This document shows, piece after piece, positions 27,456-36,941 of a stretch of 64,000 nucleotides of DNA. The stretch is from the NCBI GenBank assembly GCA_015493475.1, contig WGDC01000012.1, forward strand, positions 677-64,676. The letters are read 5' to 3'. Position numbers and translations under genes: made by a program. Numbering within the stretch: position 1 is the first letter of the stretch; every line of letters begins with the position of its first letter. The notes below the pieces were generated by a model that was not told the origin of the DNA, made no database searches, and saw nothing but the letters and a program-made list of their open reading frames with translations. The stretch is from Deltaproteobacteria bacterium (lineage in GTDB: Bacteria; Desulfobacterota; Dissulfuribacteria; Dissulfuribacterales; QOAL01).

Positions 27456-28799
27456 ATGGATCCTTCCCAAATCATTGCACATGTCAATTCCTTTGTCTGG
27501 GGCCCGTACATGCTCATCCTTCTCGTGGGCACCGGCATCTATCTCAGCGTAAGACTGAAATTCATACAATTTTCCAAGCTCGTCCCCGCCCTTATGCTGC
27601 TTGTAAAGGGAAGGGAGCAAGAGGACGCCCGGGGAGACATAACTCCCCTACAGGCCCTAACCACGGCGCTGTCCGCTACCATCGGCACAGGAAACATAGC
27701 AGGGGTGGCAACGGCCATTTATCTCGGAGGGCCAGGGGCCATATTCTGGATGTGGATATGTGCGGTCTTTGGAATGGCAACCAAGTTTGCAGAGGCTGTC
27801 CTGGCAGTCAAATACAGGCGGGTGCTGCAAGACGGAACCATGCAGGGCGGCCCCATGCTCTACATCTCAGAGGGCCTCGGGCTCAAGTGGCTTGGCTGGC
27901 TCTTTGCCCTCATGGGAGCTATCTCCGCCTTTGGAATCGGGAGCATGGTGCAGTCAAACTCCGTTGCCGTGGTAATCAAGGGCCACTTTCACGTACCAGA
28001 AGTAGTGACAGGGTTCATCCTTGCCCTTCTTACAGGAACGGTGATCATAGGGGGAATAAGGCGCATAGGTAAGGTTACGGAAAGGCTCGTTCCCTTTATG
28101 GGGCTCTTTTACGTCGCAGGTGCAGCTGCAATCCTTGTCACGAACCTGTCAAGGATCCCAGAGGCCATCTCCCTCATCCTCACCCATGCCTTTACTCCTG
28201 CATCCGGCGTGGGAGGCTTTGCAGGGGCGGGGGTCGCACAGGCAATCCGCTACGGTGTCGCCCGCGGGGTCTTTTCCAACGAGGCAGGGCTTGGAAGCGC
28301 ACCCATTGCCCATGCCGCAGCCAAGACAAGGGACCCTGTGCACCAGGGCCTCATTGCCATGACAGGTGTCTTCTTCGACACCATCATAATCTGCACCATG
28401 ACTGCCCTGGTGATACTGACTACAGGAGTGTGGAAAAACGGCATGACATCAAGCTCACTTACCTACTGCGCCTTTGAAACTGGGCTTCCAGGAATTGGCG
28501 GATACATCGTCACGGTTGGACTTGCCATCTTTGCATACTCCACCATGATAGGCTGGGCATACTACGGGGAAGAGTGCATAGAGTACATACTTGGCATAAA
28601 GGCCAGAATGCCCTACAGGTTTGTCTTTTGCGCAGTTATTGCCCTTGGGGCCTTTCAAAAGGTGGGGCTTGTCTGGGACTTTTCAGACACCATGAACGGA
28701 GCCATGGCCATACCGAACCTCATTGGCCTTATTGGCCTGAGCGGAGTGCTGGTGCAAGAGACAAAAAAGAGGCTCAAAAAGGCCCTTTCCTTGAAGTGA
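27456..28799 (+). CDS. Sodium:alanine/glycine symporter (AGCS family)
   Basis: TIGTGNIAGVA, GGPGAIFWMW, GGPMLY, RGVFSNEAGLGSAPIAHA. Confidence 0.93.
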   Translation: MDPSQIIAHVNSFVWGPYMLILLVGTGIYLSVRLKFIQFSKLVPALMLLVKGREQEDARGDITPLQALTTALSATIGTGNIAGVATAIYLGGPGAIFWMWICAVFGMATKFAEAVLAVKYRRVLQDGTMQGGPMLYISEGLGLKWLGWLFALMGAISAFGIGSMVQSNSVAVVIKGHFHVPEVVTGFILALLTGTVIIGGIRRIGKVTERLVPFMGLFYVAGAAAILVTNLSRIPEAISLILTHAFTPASGVGGFAGAGVAQAIRYGVARGVFSNEAGLGSAPIAHAAAKTRDPVHQGLIAMTGVFFDTIIICTMTALVILTTGVWKNGMTSSSLTYCAFETGLPGIGGYIVTVGLAIFAYSTMIGWAYYGEECIEYILGIKARMPYRFVFCAVIALGAFQKVGLVWDFSDTMNGAMAIPNLIGLIGLSGVLVQETKKRLKKALSLK

Positions 28800-28803
28800 A
28801 AAG

Positions 28804-28842
28804 AAAAGGGCCCCTGCCCTTACAGACATTGGGACCCTTTTT
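28804..28842. terminator. Probable bidirectional terminator between convergent agcS and hcp
   Basis: AAAAGGGCCC...GGGACCCTTTTT imperfect hairpin flanked by A/T tracts. Confidence 0.4.
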
Positions 28843-28862
28843 AAGAACAATCTTACGACCAA

Positions 28863-30491
28863 TCAGCCAAGTATGGCCTTTAGATCCTCATCAGGTGTCT
28901 TGATGGGCATGATGTTGTAGTTTTCCACGAGAACGTTCAGTACGTTTGGAGTTATGAATGCAGGAAGGCTTGGGCCAAGCCTCATGTTCTTAATCCCAAG
29001 GGCAAAGAGGGTAAGGAGAATCGCCACAGCCTTCTGCTCGTACCAGGAAAGCACCATGGAAAGGGGAAGGTCGTTTACAGTGCAGCCAAAGGCATCTGCC
29101 AGGGCAGAGGCGATCTGGATGGCAGAGTATGCGTCATTACACTGACCAATGTCCAGGAGCCTTGGTATCCCCTCGATGTCCCCAAGCTTCTTGTCAAAGA
29201 AGCGGAACTTTCCGCATGCAAGGGTAAGGACAAGGCAGTCCTCTGGCACCTTTTCCACAAACTCCGTGTAGTAGTTCCTGCCAGGCTTTGCCCCGTCACA
29301 TCCGGCAACCAGGAAGAAGTGCCTTATCTTTCCTTCTTTCACGGCCCCGATTACCTTGTCTGCCACGGAAAGGATTGCGTTTCTTGCAAACCCCACCATG
29401 ACGCTTCCCCTGTAGGTATCTTCATCGAAGCCTGGTGTCTCAAGGGCCTTTTCAATGACAGGGGTGAAGTCCTTGTCTGCAATATGCTTCACCCCAGGCC
29501 AGCCGACAAGGCCCGTTGTAAAAATCCTGTCGAAATAAGATTCCCTGGGCTTCTGAATACAATTGGTAGTCATAAGAATGGGGCCGGGGAAGGCATCGAA
29601 CTCCCTTGCCTGGTTCTGCCAGGCCGTTCCGTAGTGCCCGTAAAAGTGCGGATACTTCTTGAGCTCGGGATAACCGTGACATGGGAGCATCTCACCGTGG
29701 GTATAGACGTTTATGCCCTTCCCCTCGGTCTGCTTTAGTATCAGCTCCAGGTCCCGCAGATCGTGTCCGGATACCAGTATTGCCTTGCCCCTTTTGACCC
29801 CAAGGGGAACCTCCGTAGGCACTGGATGGCCGTAAGTCTCCGTGTTTGCGGCATCAAGAAGCTCCATGGCCTTGAGATTAACTTCTCCAGTCCTCAGCGC
29901 AAGAGCCACCCAGTCGTTCAGTTCCATGTCCTTCTGAAGGGTTGCCGCAAGTATCTCATGTATATTCCTGTAGTGATCATCGTCTGCCTTGCCTAGTATC
30001 TCGGCATGATCTGTATATGCACAAACACCCTTCATACCGTAGACAATGGTTTCCCTGAGCGCCCGCCTGTCCTCGTCCAGCTCACCGTTTGAAAGCACAC
30101 CGTGCATCTCCCCCAGACGGACCATCTCTTCCTTGTTGCTGCCAGGCTCAAAGGTGGCAGGACCTTCATGGAAATCAGTGCTGCCGCCGGCCGCCCTTAC
30201 CTTGGCCTTCAAGTCCTCCCTCATATCCACGCACTTTTTGACGAGCTCAACGAATCGCCCAGGGTCAAAATCGACGTTGGTAAGAGTGGAAAAAATGGCC
30301 TCGCAGGTGAAAATGTTAACATCCCTGTCGTTAATACCCACCTTATGGCCCTCAACCGCTACCTGTGAAAGCCCCTTAATGGCATAGATCAGCAGGTCCT
30401 GCAGCGCCGCCACATCGGGCTTTTTCCCACATACGCCTATCTTTGTACAACCCGTTCCCTTTGCAGTCTGTTCACATTGGAAGCAAAACAT
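28863..30491 (-). CDS. hcp: Hybrid cluster protein (hydroxylamine / NO reductase)
   Basis: MFCFQCEQTAKGTGC...GVC, SGHDL, YTHGEMLP, TTNC, GCDG, GQCNDAYS, LSWYEQKA. Confidence 0.96.
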   Translation of the reverse strand: MFCFQCEQTAKGTGCTKIGVCGKKPDVAALQDLLIYAIKGLSQVAVEGHKVGINDRDVNIFTCEAIFSTLTNVDFDPGRFVELVKKCVDMREDLKAKVRAAGGSTDFHEGPATFEPGSNKEEMVRLGEMHGVLSNGELDEDRRALRETIVYGMKGVCAYTDHAEILGKADDDHYRNIHEILAATLQKDMELNDWVALALRTGEVNLKAMELLDAANTETYGHPVPTEVPLGVKRGKAILVSGHDLRDLELILKQTEGKGINVYTHGEMLPCHGYPELKKYPHFYGHYGTAWQNQAREFDAFPGPILMTTNCIQKPRESYFDRIFTTGLVGWPGVKHIADKDFTPVIEKALETPGFDEDTYRGSVMVGFARNAILSVADKVIGAVKEGKIRHFFLVAGCDGAKPGRNYYTEFVEKVPEDCLVLTLACGKFRFFDKKLGDIEGIPRLLDIGQCNDAYSAIQIASALADAFGCTVNDLPLSMVLSWYEQKAVAILLTLFALGIKNMRLGPSLPAFITPNVLNVLVENYNIMPIKTPDEDLKAILG

Positions 30492-30508
30492 GTTCTCACC
30501 TCTCTTGT

Positions 30509-31315
30509 CTATTTTTCCCCTGCGGGGAGATTCATGCGTCCGAGGAGCAAATCCGGCCCCTCACGGGACAGGATAGCTCCGAGTCTTTCACCATTCCTGC
30601 ACCGTGCCTTGTAAAAACGCGTTACCACCTTTACCGTATCCACGGCCTCATCAGGTTCAAAAACGTCAGGAAGTTCCATGCCAAGTTGCGGTTGCCTGCC
30701 GAGCTTTCCACCCACATAAATACGGAACCCTTCCCTACCGTCCACTATGGTGGAACTTGGACATACCCTTGCACAGTGTCCGCAGTAAAGACACTTTTCC
30801 CGGTCAATCCCCACAGAGCCGCCGAGGCTTACAGCCCCCTCCTGGCAAACCCTCAAACATGCCTCACAACCGGAACACTCCTCATCAGTAATCTGCGGAA
30901 CCACCGCCCCAATGAGGCCCACGTCCACGATCTGTGGCCGTGAACAGCTGTTGGGGCAAAATGAGATGGAAACCCGGAACTCGTTGTGAACTTTTAAAGT
31001 ATGAGACAACCGTTCCTGCAGAAATTGCTTCATATCCTCGTTTTTCAAAAATTTTTCTATCCTGTCAGCAATATCAGTCTCTGGAAGGGTTCTGTTGCTG
31101 CATCCCTTGGCGCCCAAGCAGGTCTCCACTGAAAAACCCTGGAGCTCCTCATCCATGTTCTTCATGAAGCGCACTCTACATTCTTCTATCTCTCTGTTTT
31201 CAATGATCTTCACCCCATGCTCCAGGGCGTAGGCCTCCACCTTGCTCCTTACCATCTTCCTGATGAAAAAGGGCACGCGCTTCATTGTCCTTTCTGCCTC
31301 TTGACTCCATTTCAT
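30509..31315 (-). CDS. 4Fe-4S protein: PCP_red-like N-terminus, nitrite/sulfite-reductase 4Fe-4S-siroheme-type domain and 2x[4Fe-4S] ferredoxin insert
   Basis: MKWSQEAERTMKRVPFFIRK..., CLGAKGC, SFCPNSCSRPQIVDVGLIG, CSGCEAC...C, CLYCGHC...CP, GGKLGRQP. Confidence 0.8.
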   Translation of the reverse strand: MKWSQEAERTMKRVPFFIRKMVRSKVEAYALEHGVKIIENREIEECRVRFMKNMDEELQGFSVETCLGAKGCSNRTLPETDIADRIEKFLKNEDMKQFLQERLSHTLKVHNEFRVSISFCPNSCSRPQIVDVGLIGAVVPQITDEECSGCEACLRVCQEGAVSLGGSVGIDREKCLYCGHCARVCPSSTIVDGREGFRIYVGGKLGRQPQLGMELPDVFEPDEAVDTVKVVTRFYKARCRNGERLGAILSREGPDLLLGRMNLPAGEK

Positions 31316-31366
31316 TCTAAAGCCCTCACAACGTTAATATGATAAACCGGATTATTTTTATGCTCT

Positions 31367-31380
31367 TTGACTTACGTCAA
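31367..31380. promoter_or_regulatory. CRP/FNR-family (HcpR-type) operator TTGAC-N4-GTCAA
   Basis: Perfect TTGAC-TTAC-GTCAA about 50 bp upstream of the 4Fe-4S/hcp operon. Confidence 0.75.
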
Positions 31381-31545
31381 ACACACTAAAATTCTAACCA
31401 TTAGCAAATAAATCGTTTTTTTTAAAAGATACTTGGTTCTTAAGGTGTCTTAAGGCACTGAATGGGCTACACCTGATTTTTCACAGGCTCAGGAAAACAT
31501 TGGCAAGAAAAGCTGTTTCGTGTTTTGGATGACCTTTTTCTATAT

Positions 31546-32031
31546 CTAAATGGATACAACAGTTGCAACGCAGTAGCTGGCAATTCCTTGTTTTTCGCCA
31601 GCGAAGCCAAGCCCCTCCGTGGTGGTCGCCTTTATGTTCACCCGGCTTATGTCTGTATCGAGACATGAGGCGACATTTTCTATCATGGCGGCCACGAAGG
31701 GAGCGAGCCTCGGGGCCTGGGCGACTATGGTGGCATCAACGTTGTTTACCTGGAACCCGGTCTGCTTAATCTTTTCTACCACACCTTCAAGGAGTACCAT
31801 TGATGAGATGCCCTTGAACCTTTCGTCAGTATCTGGAAAATGTTTTCCAATATCCCCCAGGGACGAGGCCCCGAGAAGGGCGTCGGATATGGCATGAAGC
31901 AGTACGTCGGCATCGGAATGGCCAAGAAGGCCGAGGTGGTAACCGATTTTCACTCCCCCCAGGATAAGATCACGTCCCGGCACGAGCCGGTGCACATCGT
32001 ACCCAAAACCGACACGCAAATCCAATCTCAC
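31546..32031 (-). CDS. ispF: 2-C-methyl-D-erythritol 2,4-cyclodiphosphate synthase
   Basis: RVGFGYDVH, GHSDADVLLHA, GDIGKHFP, NIKATTTE. GTG 32031 overlaps the ispD stop and follows AAGGAGG. Confidence 0.95.
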   Translation of the reverse strand: MRLDLRVGFGYDVHRLVPGRDLILGGVKIGYHLGLLGHSDADVLLHAISDALLGASSLGDIGKHFPDTDERFKGISSMVLLEGVVEKIKQTGFQVNNVDATIVAQAPRLAPFVAAMIENVASCLDTDISRVNIKATTTEGLGFAGEKQGIASYCVATVVSI

Positions 32032-32723
32032 GCCTCCTTCCCGGCCGTACACCCAACCAGGGCCCGTGCGATCTTCAAATCTGCCTCTGTGGTTATCTTG
32101 AAATTTATCGATGAGCTTATCTCAACCGCAACGCTAATGCCCGCGTATTCAAGAAGACTTGCCTCGTCTGTCCCCACAAAGCCCTCTGCTGCCGCCTTTT
32201 CATGGGCTGCCAAAATGTCATCCTTTCGGCATACCTGGGGAGTAAGTGCCGCCACAAGCATAGACCGGTCAAGGGTTCTTGTGACTATTCCCTCGTTTAC
32301 TTCTTTAATAGTGTCATCAACCTTCCTGGCTAGGATAGCGGCTCCCAGCTCGTCTGCCATCATGCAGATGGCATCTATTTCATCCGGCCTTATAAAGGGC
32401 CTTGCCGCATCATGCACGGCCACAAGCTCCATTGTCCCTTCTGTTGCAAAAAGGCCATTTCTAACAGATTCCTGCCTTGTACCGCCTCCGGGAACTACCT
32501 TGAAGGGCTTCCCCTTGCAATATGTCCGCGCGTAATTCCTTGCCCTGTCCTGGTGGTCAATAGGGGCCACAACAACTATTTCACCGATCTCGGACGCCAT
32601 GGAGAATGCCTCGAGGCTCCATGCGATTATCGGTTTGCCGTTCAGATCAAGAAACTGCTTGGGCTCCCGGTATCCGAGCCTGCTTCCTGATCCGCCTGCT
32701 GCAATTATAGCCGATGCCAACAT
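32028..32723 (-). CDS. ispD: 2-C-methyl-D-erythritol 4-phosphate cytidylyltransferase
   Basis: AAGGSGSRLG...PKQF, GGGTRQESV, VHDAARP, TDEASL, NFKITT. Confidence 0.95.
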   Translation of the reverse strand: MLASAIIAAGGSGSRLGYREPKQFLDLNGKPIIAWSLEAFSMASEIGEIVVVAPIDHQDRARNYARTYCKGKPFKVVPGGGTRQESVRNGLFATEGTMELVAVHDAARPFIRPDEIDAICMMADELGAAILARKVDDTIKEVNEGIVTRTLDRSMLVAALTPQVCRKDDILAAHEKAAAEGFVGTDEASLLEYAGISVAVEISSSINFKITTEADLKIARALVGCTAGKEA

Positions 32724-32726
32724 CTC

Positions 32727-34124
32727 TTAATCCATAAAATCCCTGAAAATCTTGTACGGATTCAGTATCCCCCGTGGATCAAACACCCTCTTTATCTTTC
32801 TTTCAAGGCCAATGACCCGGGGAGGAAGCTCCATGCCGATATGATCCATCTTCGAAAGGCCTATGCCATGTTCGCCGGAAATGGTGCCTCCAAGTCCCAC
32901 ACACTTTTTCATTATCCTGCCGATGAGCCTGTTAAGTTCCTGTTCCACAAGCTCGGATGAATTAAATAACAGGTTTACATGTATGTTTCCATCTCCAAGA
33001 TGGCCGAAACAGAATATCTTCACGGGAAAAAGCCTTTCAGTTTCATGAAGGAAAAACAGCATCTCCTTCACGGCCCTCCTTGGAACACAGATGTCCTCGC
33101 TCACCTTACCTTCGTAGCCAAGGCCCTTTAGTGCCGGGGACACACCCCTTCTTACACGCCATAGCTGCTCCCTTTCCTCAGCCGTATCGGCCTGGACCTT
33201 GCTTAGAGCGCCTGCATTGGCAAAGGCGTCCTTAACCTTGATAAACTGGTTCTCAACCGAAGGCCCATCCCCGTCCACCTCAACAAGCAACAAGGCCCCT
33301 GTATCCCTTGGAACATCGAAGGCAAGCCTATCCGAAACAACGGTGAGGGTTGCCGTATCAAGAAATTCGGCGCATCTTGGCAAGGTGCCCGAAAGGAAAA
33401 GGTACGTCAGCGCATCAACCGCTTCACCAACGTCCCTGAAACAGGCGCACACCGTTCCGACCGCCTCTGGCATGGGTATCAGGCTCAAAACGATTTCCAC
33501 AACGATGGCAAGGGTGCCCTCGGAACCAACAAGGAACCTGGCAAGGTCGTACCCCACAACCCCTTTTGACGTGACGGCACCAGTTTCGACAAGGCTGCCG
33601 TCCGCAAGGACAATCTTTAGACGCCGTACATAGTCCCTTGTTACCCCATACTTTACCGCCATGGGCCCCCCGGCACCGGTGGCGACGTTTCCGCCTATGG
33701 TACAAAACTTCAAACTGGCCGGGTCTGGCGGATAAAACAGCCCATGCCTCGCCACCTCCTCCTTCAGAACCCCCGTTACCACGCCTGGTTCAACCCTGGC
33801 AGTCAGCTCCACCGGATCAATTTCGAGGATACGGTTCATCCTCGAAAAACAAAGAACCACGCCCCCTCGGGCAGGCACTGCGCTGCCGGTGGTGGAGCTT
33901 CCAGCCCCCCTCGGGGTAATTGCCACCCCGAGATCATTACAAAGCTTCGCCACCTTGCATACCTGCTGAATGCTTCCTGGCAGCGCCACGAACCGGGGTT
34001 CTGATTCAAAACCGCTCGAGTCAAATCCGTAGCAGGCCACGTCTGCCTTTTCCCGCAACAGCCCATCCGGCCCGAGGATGTCTCCAAGGCCCCTTTCAAG
34101 GGAGTCTTTTCCCCAAAAGGCCAT
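32727..34124 (-). CDS. FAD-linked oxidase (GlcD / D-lactate dehydrogenase-like)
   Basis: PRGAGS, YPPDPAS, TIGGNVA, GSEGTL, GHLGDGNIH, SGEHGIG. Confidence 0.9.
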   Translation of the reverse strand: MAFWGKDSLERGLGDILGPDGLLREKADVACYGFDSSGFESEPRFVALPGSIQQVCKVAKLCNDLGVAITPRGAGSSTTGSAVPARGGVVLCFSRMNRILEIDPVELTARVEPGVVTGVLKEEVARHGLFYPPDPASLKFCTIGGNVATGAGGPMAVKYGVTRDYVRRLKIVLADGSLVETGAVTSKGVVGYDLARFLVGSEGTLAIVVEIVLSLIPMPEAVGTVCACFRDVGEAVDALTYLFLSGTLPRCAEFLDTATLTVVSDRLAFDVPRDTGALLLVEVDGDGPSVENQFIKVKDAFANAGALSKVQADTAEEREQLWRVRRGVSPALKGLGYEGKVSEDICVPRRAVKEMLFFLHETERLFPVKIFCFGHLGDGNIHVNLLFNSSELVEQELNRLIGRIMKKCVGLGGTISGEHGIGLSKMDHIGMELPPRVIGLERKIKRVFDPRGILNPYKIFRDFMD

Positions 34125-34130
34125 GGGCCC

Positions 34131-35456
34131 TTAACGCCACTTGTGTTTTTCAACCTGGGTAGTCAGGTACTTCATCTGGTTCCTGAACTTGGAAGAGGTC
34201 TTCATCATCCTGTCTATCTTCTTGATGGAATGAAGGACTGTCGCATGATCCCTGTTGAACTGTTTACCGATGTACTGTAGGGAAGAATCCGTATACTTCC
34301 TGGAAAAATACATGGCTATCTGCCTTGGAAGAGCAATCTCCTTCTTCCTGGACCTGGACCTTATCTGCTCCGGCTTGAGACTGAAGTGACAGCATATCAA
34401 ATCGGTTATCTTTGACACAGTAAGAGGATCAGGCTCTCCCACAATCTCATGAATTATCTCCCTGGCTAAGGATAGGTCAATGGGTCTCTTCAGAAGCGAG
34501 GATTTGGTAATTAACCCTATCACTGCACTTTCTATGCGTCTTATGTCGCCCTTTAGATGATGCGCAAGGTATTCCACGGTGTCGTTGTTAATCTCCACCC
34601 CCTGACTGATGGCCTTTCTTGCCACAATCTTTTTCCTGGTCTCGTAGTCAGGAGGATTAATAGAGGTAATAACGCCGCTTGCGAGGCGGGAACGCAACAC
34701 GTCGCTAAGCTTTGGTATAGCCCTCGGAAGCTGGTTACCTGTGAATATAACGATCTTTCCCCCGTCAATTAATGGGTCAAGGGCCAGCGCAAGCTCGCTC
34801 TGGGTCCGCTCCCTGCCGGAAAGACAGTGTACCTGCTCTATGAGAAGACAGTCACACTGCGAATGGAAACGTTTCTTCAGCGTCTCCATGGCATTGTTTT
34901 TTATGGCAGAGACCACCTGCTGGGTAAAGTCGTTTGCAGTTAGATAGCATAGGCGCGCCCTCGGACGCATTTCTAGTATCTTGTGGCCCACGGCCTGGGT
35001 CAGGTGACTCTTGCCGAGTCCGGAGGCAGCATGAAGGAAGATAGTACGGGCAGACATGGAGCTGCCATTTGCAACCTCCCAGCATGCACCGTGTGCATAG
35101 TGATTGCATTCCCCCACTACGAACTCTTCGAAGGTGAATCTTTCGCATAGGTTTGGCCTGGGTATCTCGGTTGGTGAAAACTTTGGCAAATGGAGCTGGC
35201 GCCTTGCCGATTCCTTTACCTGCTCCACTGCCTCCAATCTTATCTTCACGTCCATTCCGAGATACAGCAGGTCTTCCTTGATGTAAGGAAAGTAGTGTTC
35301 CTGCACCCAGGATGCGAAAAACTGGTTGGGACACTTCAAGATCAAGGTGTTTTCCTCAACCCTGTCAAATTTCAAAGGCTCAATCCAGAGTCTGTAGCTC
35401 CCCTCAGATACCTTTTGACGCAGCCTGTCCTTGATCTCCTCCCACAACTCCCTCAT
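34131..35456 (-). CDS. dnaA: Chromosomal replication initiator DnaA family protein (probable paralog)
   Basis: Domain I (WIEPL..., PNQFF), FTFEEFVVG, SGLGKSHL, SRL...G, GDIRRIE, and domain IV PRQIAMY...RDHATVLHS. GGAG precedes ATG 35456. Confidence 0.88.
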   Translation of the reverse strand: MRELWEEIKDRLRQKVSEGSYRLWIEPLKFDRVEENTLILKCPNQFFASWVQEHYFPYIKEDLLYLGMDVKIRLEAVEQVKESARRQLHLPKFSPTEIPRPNLCERFTFEEFVVGECNHYAHGACWEVANGSSMSARTIFLHAASGLGKSHLTQAVGHKILEMRPRARLCYLTANDFTQQVVSAIKNNAMETLKKRFHSQCDCLLIEQVHCLSGRERTQSELALALDPLIDGGKIVIFTGNQLPRAIPKLSDVLRSRLASGVITSINPPDYETRKKIVARKAISQGVEINNDTVEYLAHHLKGDIRRIESAVIGLITKSSLLKRPIDLSLAREIIHEIVGEPDPLTVSKITDLICCHFSLKPEQIRSRSRKKEIALPRQIAMYFSRKYTDSSLQYIGKQFNRDHATVLHSIKKIDRMMKTSSKFRNQMKYLTTQVEKHKWR

Positions 35457-35882
35457 GACCTTTACTCCAATCGAAGATTTAAAGAAAGACAGCAAGATCC
35501 GTGCATTAGGCCCAAAAAACCTTATACAAGATAGAAAATGCCCTTTCGAGCAAACGCAGAAAAATTGTCCCCCAAGGAATATGGCCTTATTTTTTAATTG
35601 GATAGACCCACCCTGTCAAAGCAGATTATTGTGAAATAACATTTTCCCCGCCATTATTTTTCAACAATTTCATATCCTCTCAAAATTTCGTATTTTTTGG
35701 ATAGAAGAACCCTAACGTGCTGTGAATTATGACATTTTAACTTCACGATGTTTCCTTTTTATTACAGTGAGTTATAATTCGGGACCCAGTTTTCAACAAT
35801 TCGACCGCCACGAGAAAATCTCGTGAAAGCTTCTAAAATCTTCTATTTTTAATGCCACCGTTATTTTTATGAAGGGACCAAC

Positions 35883-36941
35883 TTACCTTCTTCCAAGGAC
35901 TGCATTTACCCTCCTGAGACGGCCATCCCTGTAAAAGGATATGAGAACATGGCTACCCGGACCTTTCCGGTTTAGAACGTCTGCCAATTTCTGGCCCGAA
36001 TCTATGGGTACCCTGTCTACAGCAACGATCAGATCGCCACCCATGGGATACAACCTGTTCCCCAGGCGAAGATTTTTTGAACATCCGCGCAGTCCGGCCC
36101 TGCTTGCAGGACTTCCCGGAACAACCTTTACCACCAAGGCGCCCTTGTCAACTGGCAGGTTGAGAAGCCTGCTGAGATCCCGGTCAACCTTTACCACCTC
36201 TGCGCCGAGATAGGCCCTGGTAACCGCTCCCGTGTCGATAATAGAATCGGCAACCCACTTAACTAGGGCCGCTGGTAGCACATAACCCATATCAGGCGGG
36301 GGCTCCTCCGCAGTTTTAACAGCCATACCCACGAAAAAACCCCTGCTGTCAAAAACTGGAGCGCCATCAAGCCCCCTGTGAACAAATATGGACGTTTGGA
36401 TAAGACGCCCGAGGCTCTTGCTTTCGAGGCCCACCGGGCAACTCGGAGCCGACACGCACCCGGCAACAATGGTGCGGGAGCCGTCGGGATTGACCCCTAT
36501 TGCAAATACGTGCTCCCCGAAACCAGGACGAACGTTACCCGATAGAGGTACAGGATTTAGCGAAGACAACACCTTTACGGGGGCCTTTATTTCGAGAACT
36601 GCAATGCCAGTGACTCGATCGCTCCCAACAATGACTGCTGGCCAGTAACCCATGGACCCTGCAAGGCACTCTATCGAATGGGGATCGGAAATGGAGGAAA
36701 TCTGCACCAGCACGTGACCCTTCCTGTCCAGCACGAGCCCAGGACCAAGCCCCTTGTGAACGACAGGATGTATCATGTCGTCTGGCTTTATGGTTGTGCT
36801 TGATACAAAAACCACGCTCTTTTTAAGCTTGGAAGGCCCTGTATTCCACGCATGGACCAGGCAGGGCATTGCAAGAATCAAGAACGAGAGGCAGAGGCCG
36901 GAAACCACCATTCTTCCCATAAACAACCCCCTAAAAAACAA
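35883..36941 (-). CDS. HtrA/DegP-like trypsin + PDZ protein lacking the catalytic triad
   Basis: Signal peptide, trypsin-like scaffold (GLGPGLVLDRKG, IQTS, GYVLP) and PDZ (RAYLG...GALVVKVVPGSPASRAGL...GDLIVAVD). The His, Asp and Ser positions are all substituted. Confidence 0.8.
   Translation of the reverse strand: MFFRGLFMGRMVVSGLCLSFLILAMPCLVHAWNTGPSKLKKSVVFVSSTTIKPDDMIHPVVHKGLGPGLVLDRKGHVLVQISSISDPHSIECLAGSMGYWPAVIVGSDRVTGIAVLEIKAPVKVLSSLNPVPLSGNVRPGFGEHVFAIGVNPDGSRTIVAGCVSAPSCPVGLESKSLGRLIQTSIFVHRGLDGAPVFDSRGFFVGMAVKTAEEPPPDMGYVLPAALVKWVADSIIDTGAVTRAYLGAEVVKVDRDLSRLLNLPVDKGALVVKVVPGSPASRAGLRGCSKNLRLGNRLYPMGGDLIVAVDRVPIDSGQKLADVLNRKGPGSHVLISFYRDGRLRRVNAVLGRR

Noticed and set aside
26510-27538. 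342-aa antisense ORF
   Set aside because: Shadow of the alcohol dehydrogenase on the opposite strand, with no protein motifs. The same applies to 15497-16216, 31840-32535, 58220-58900 and 60139-60828.
34131-35882. oriC at the dnaA-like gene
   Set aside because: No perfect DnaA boxes, no dnaN/gyrB/rpmH neighbours, and gene orientation does not diverge from this point.
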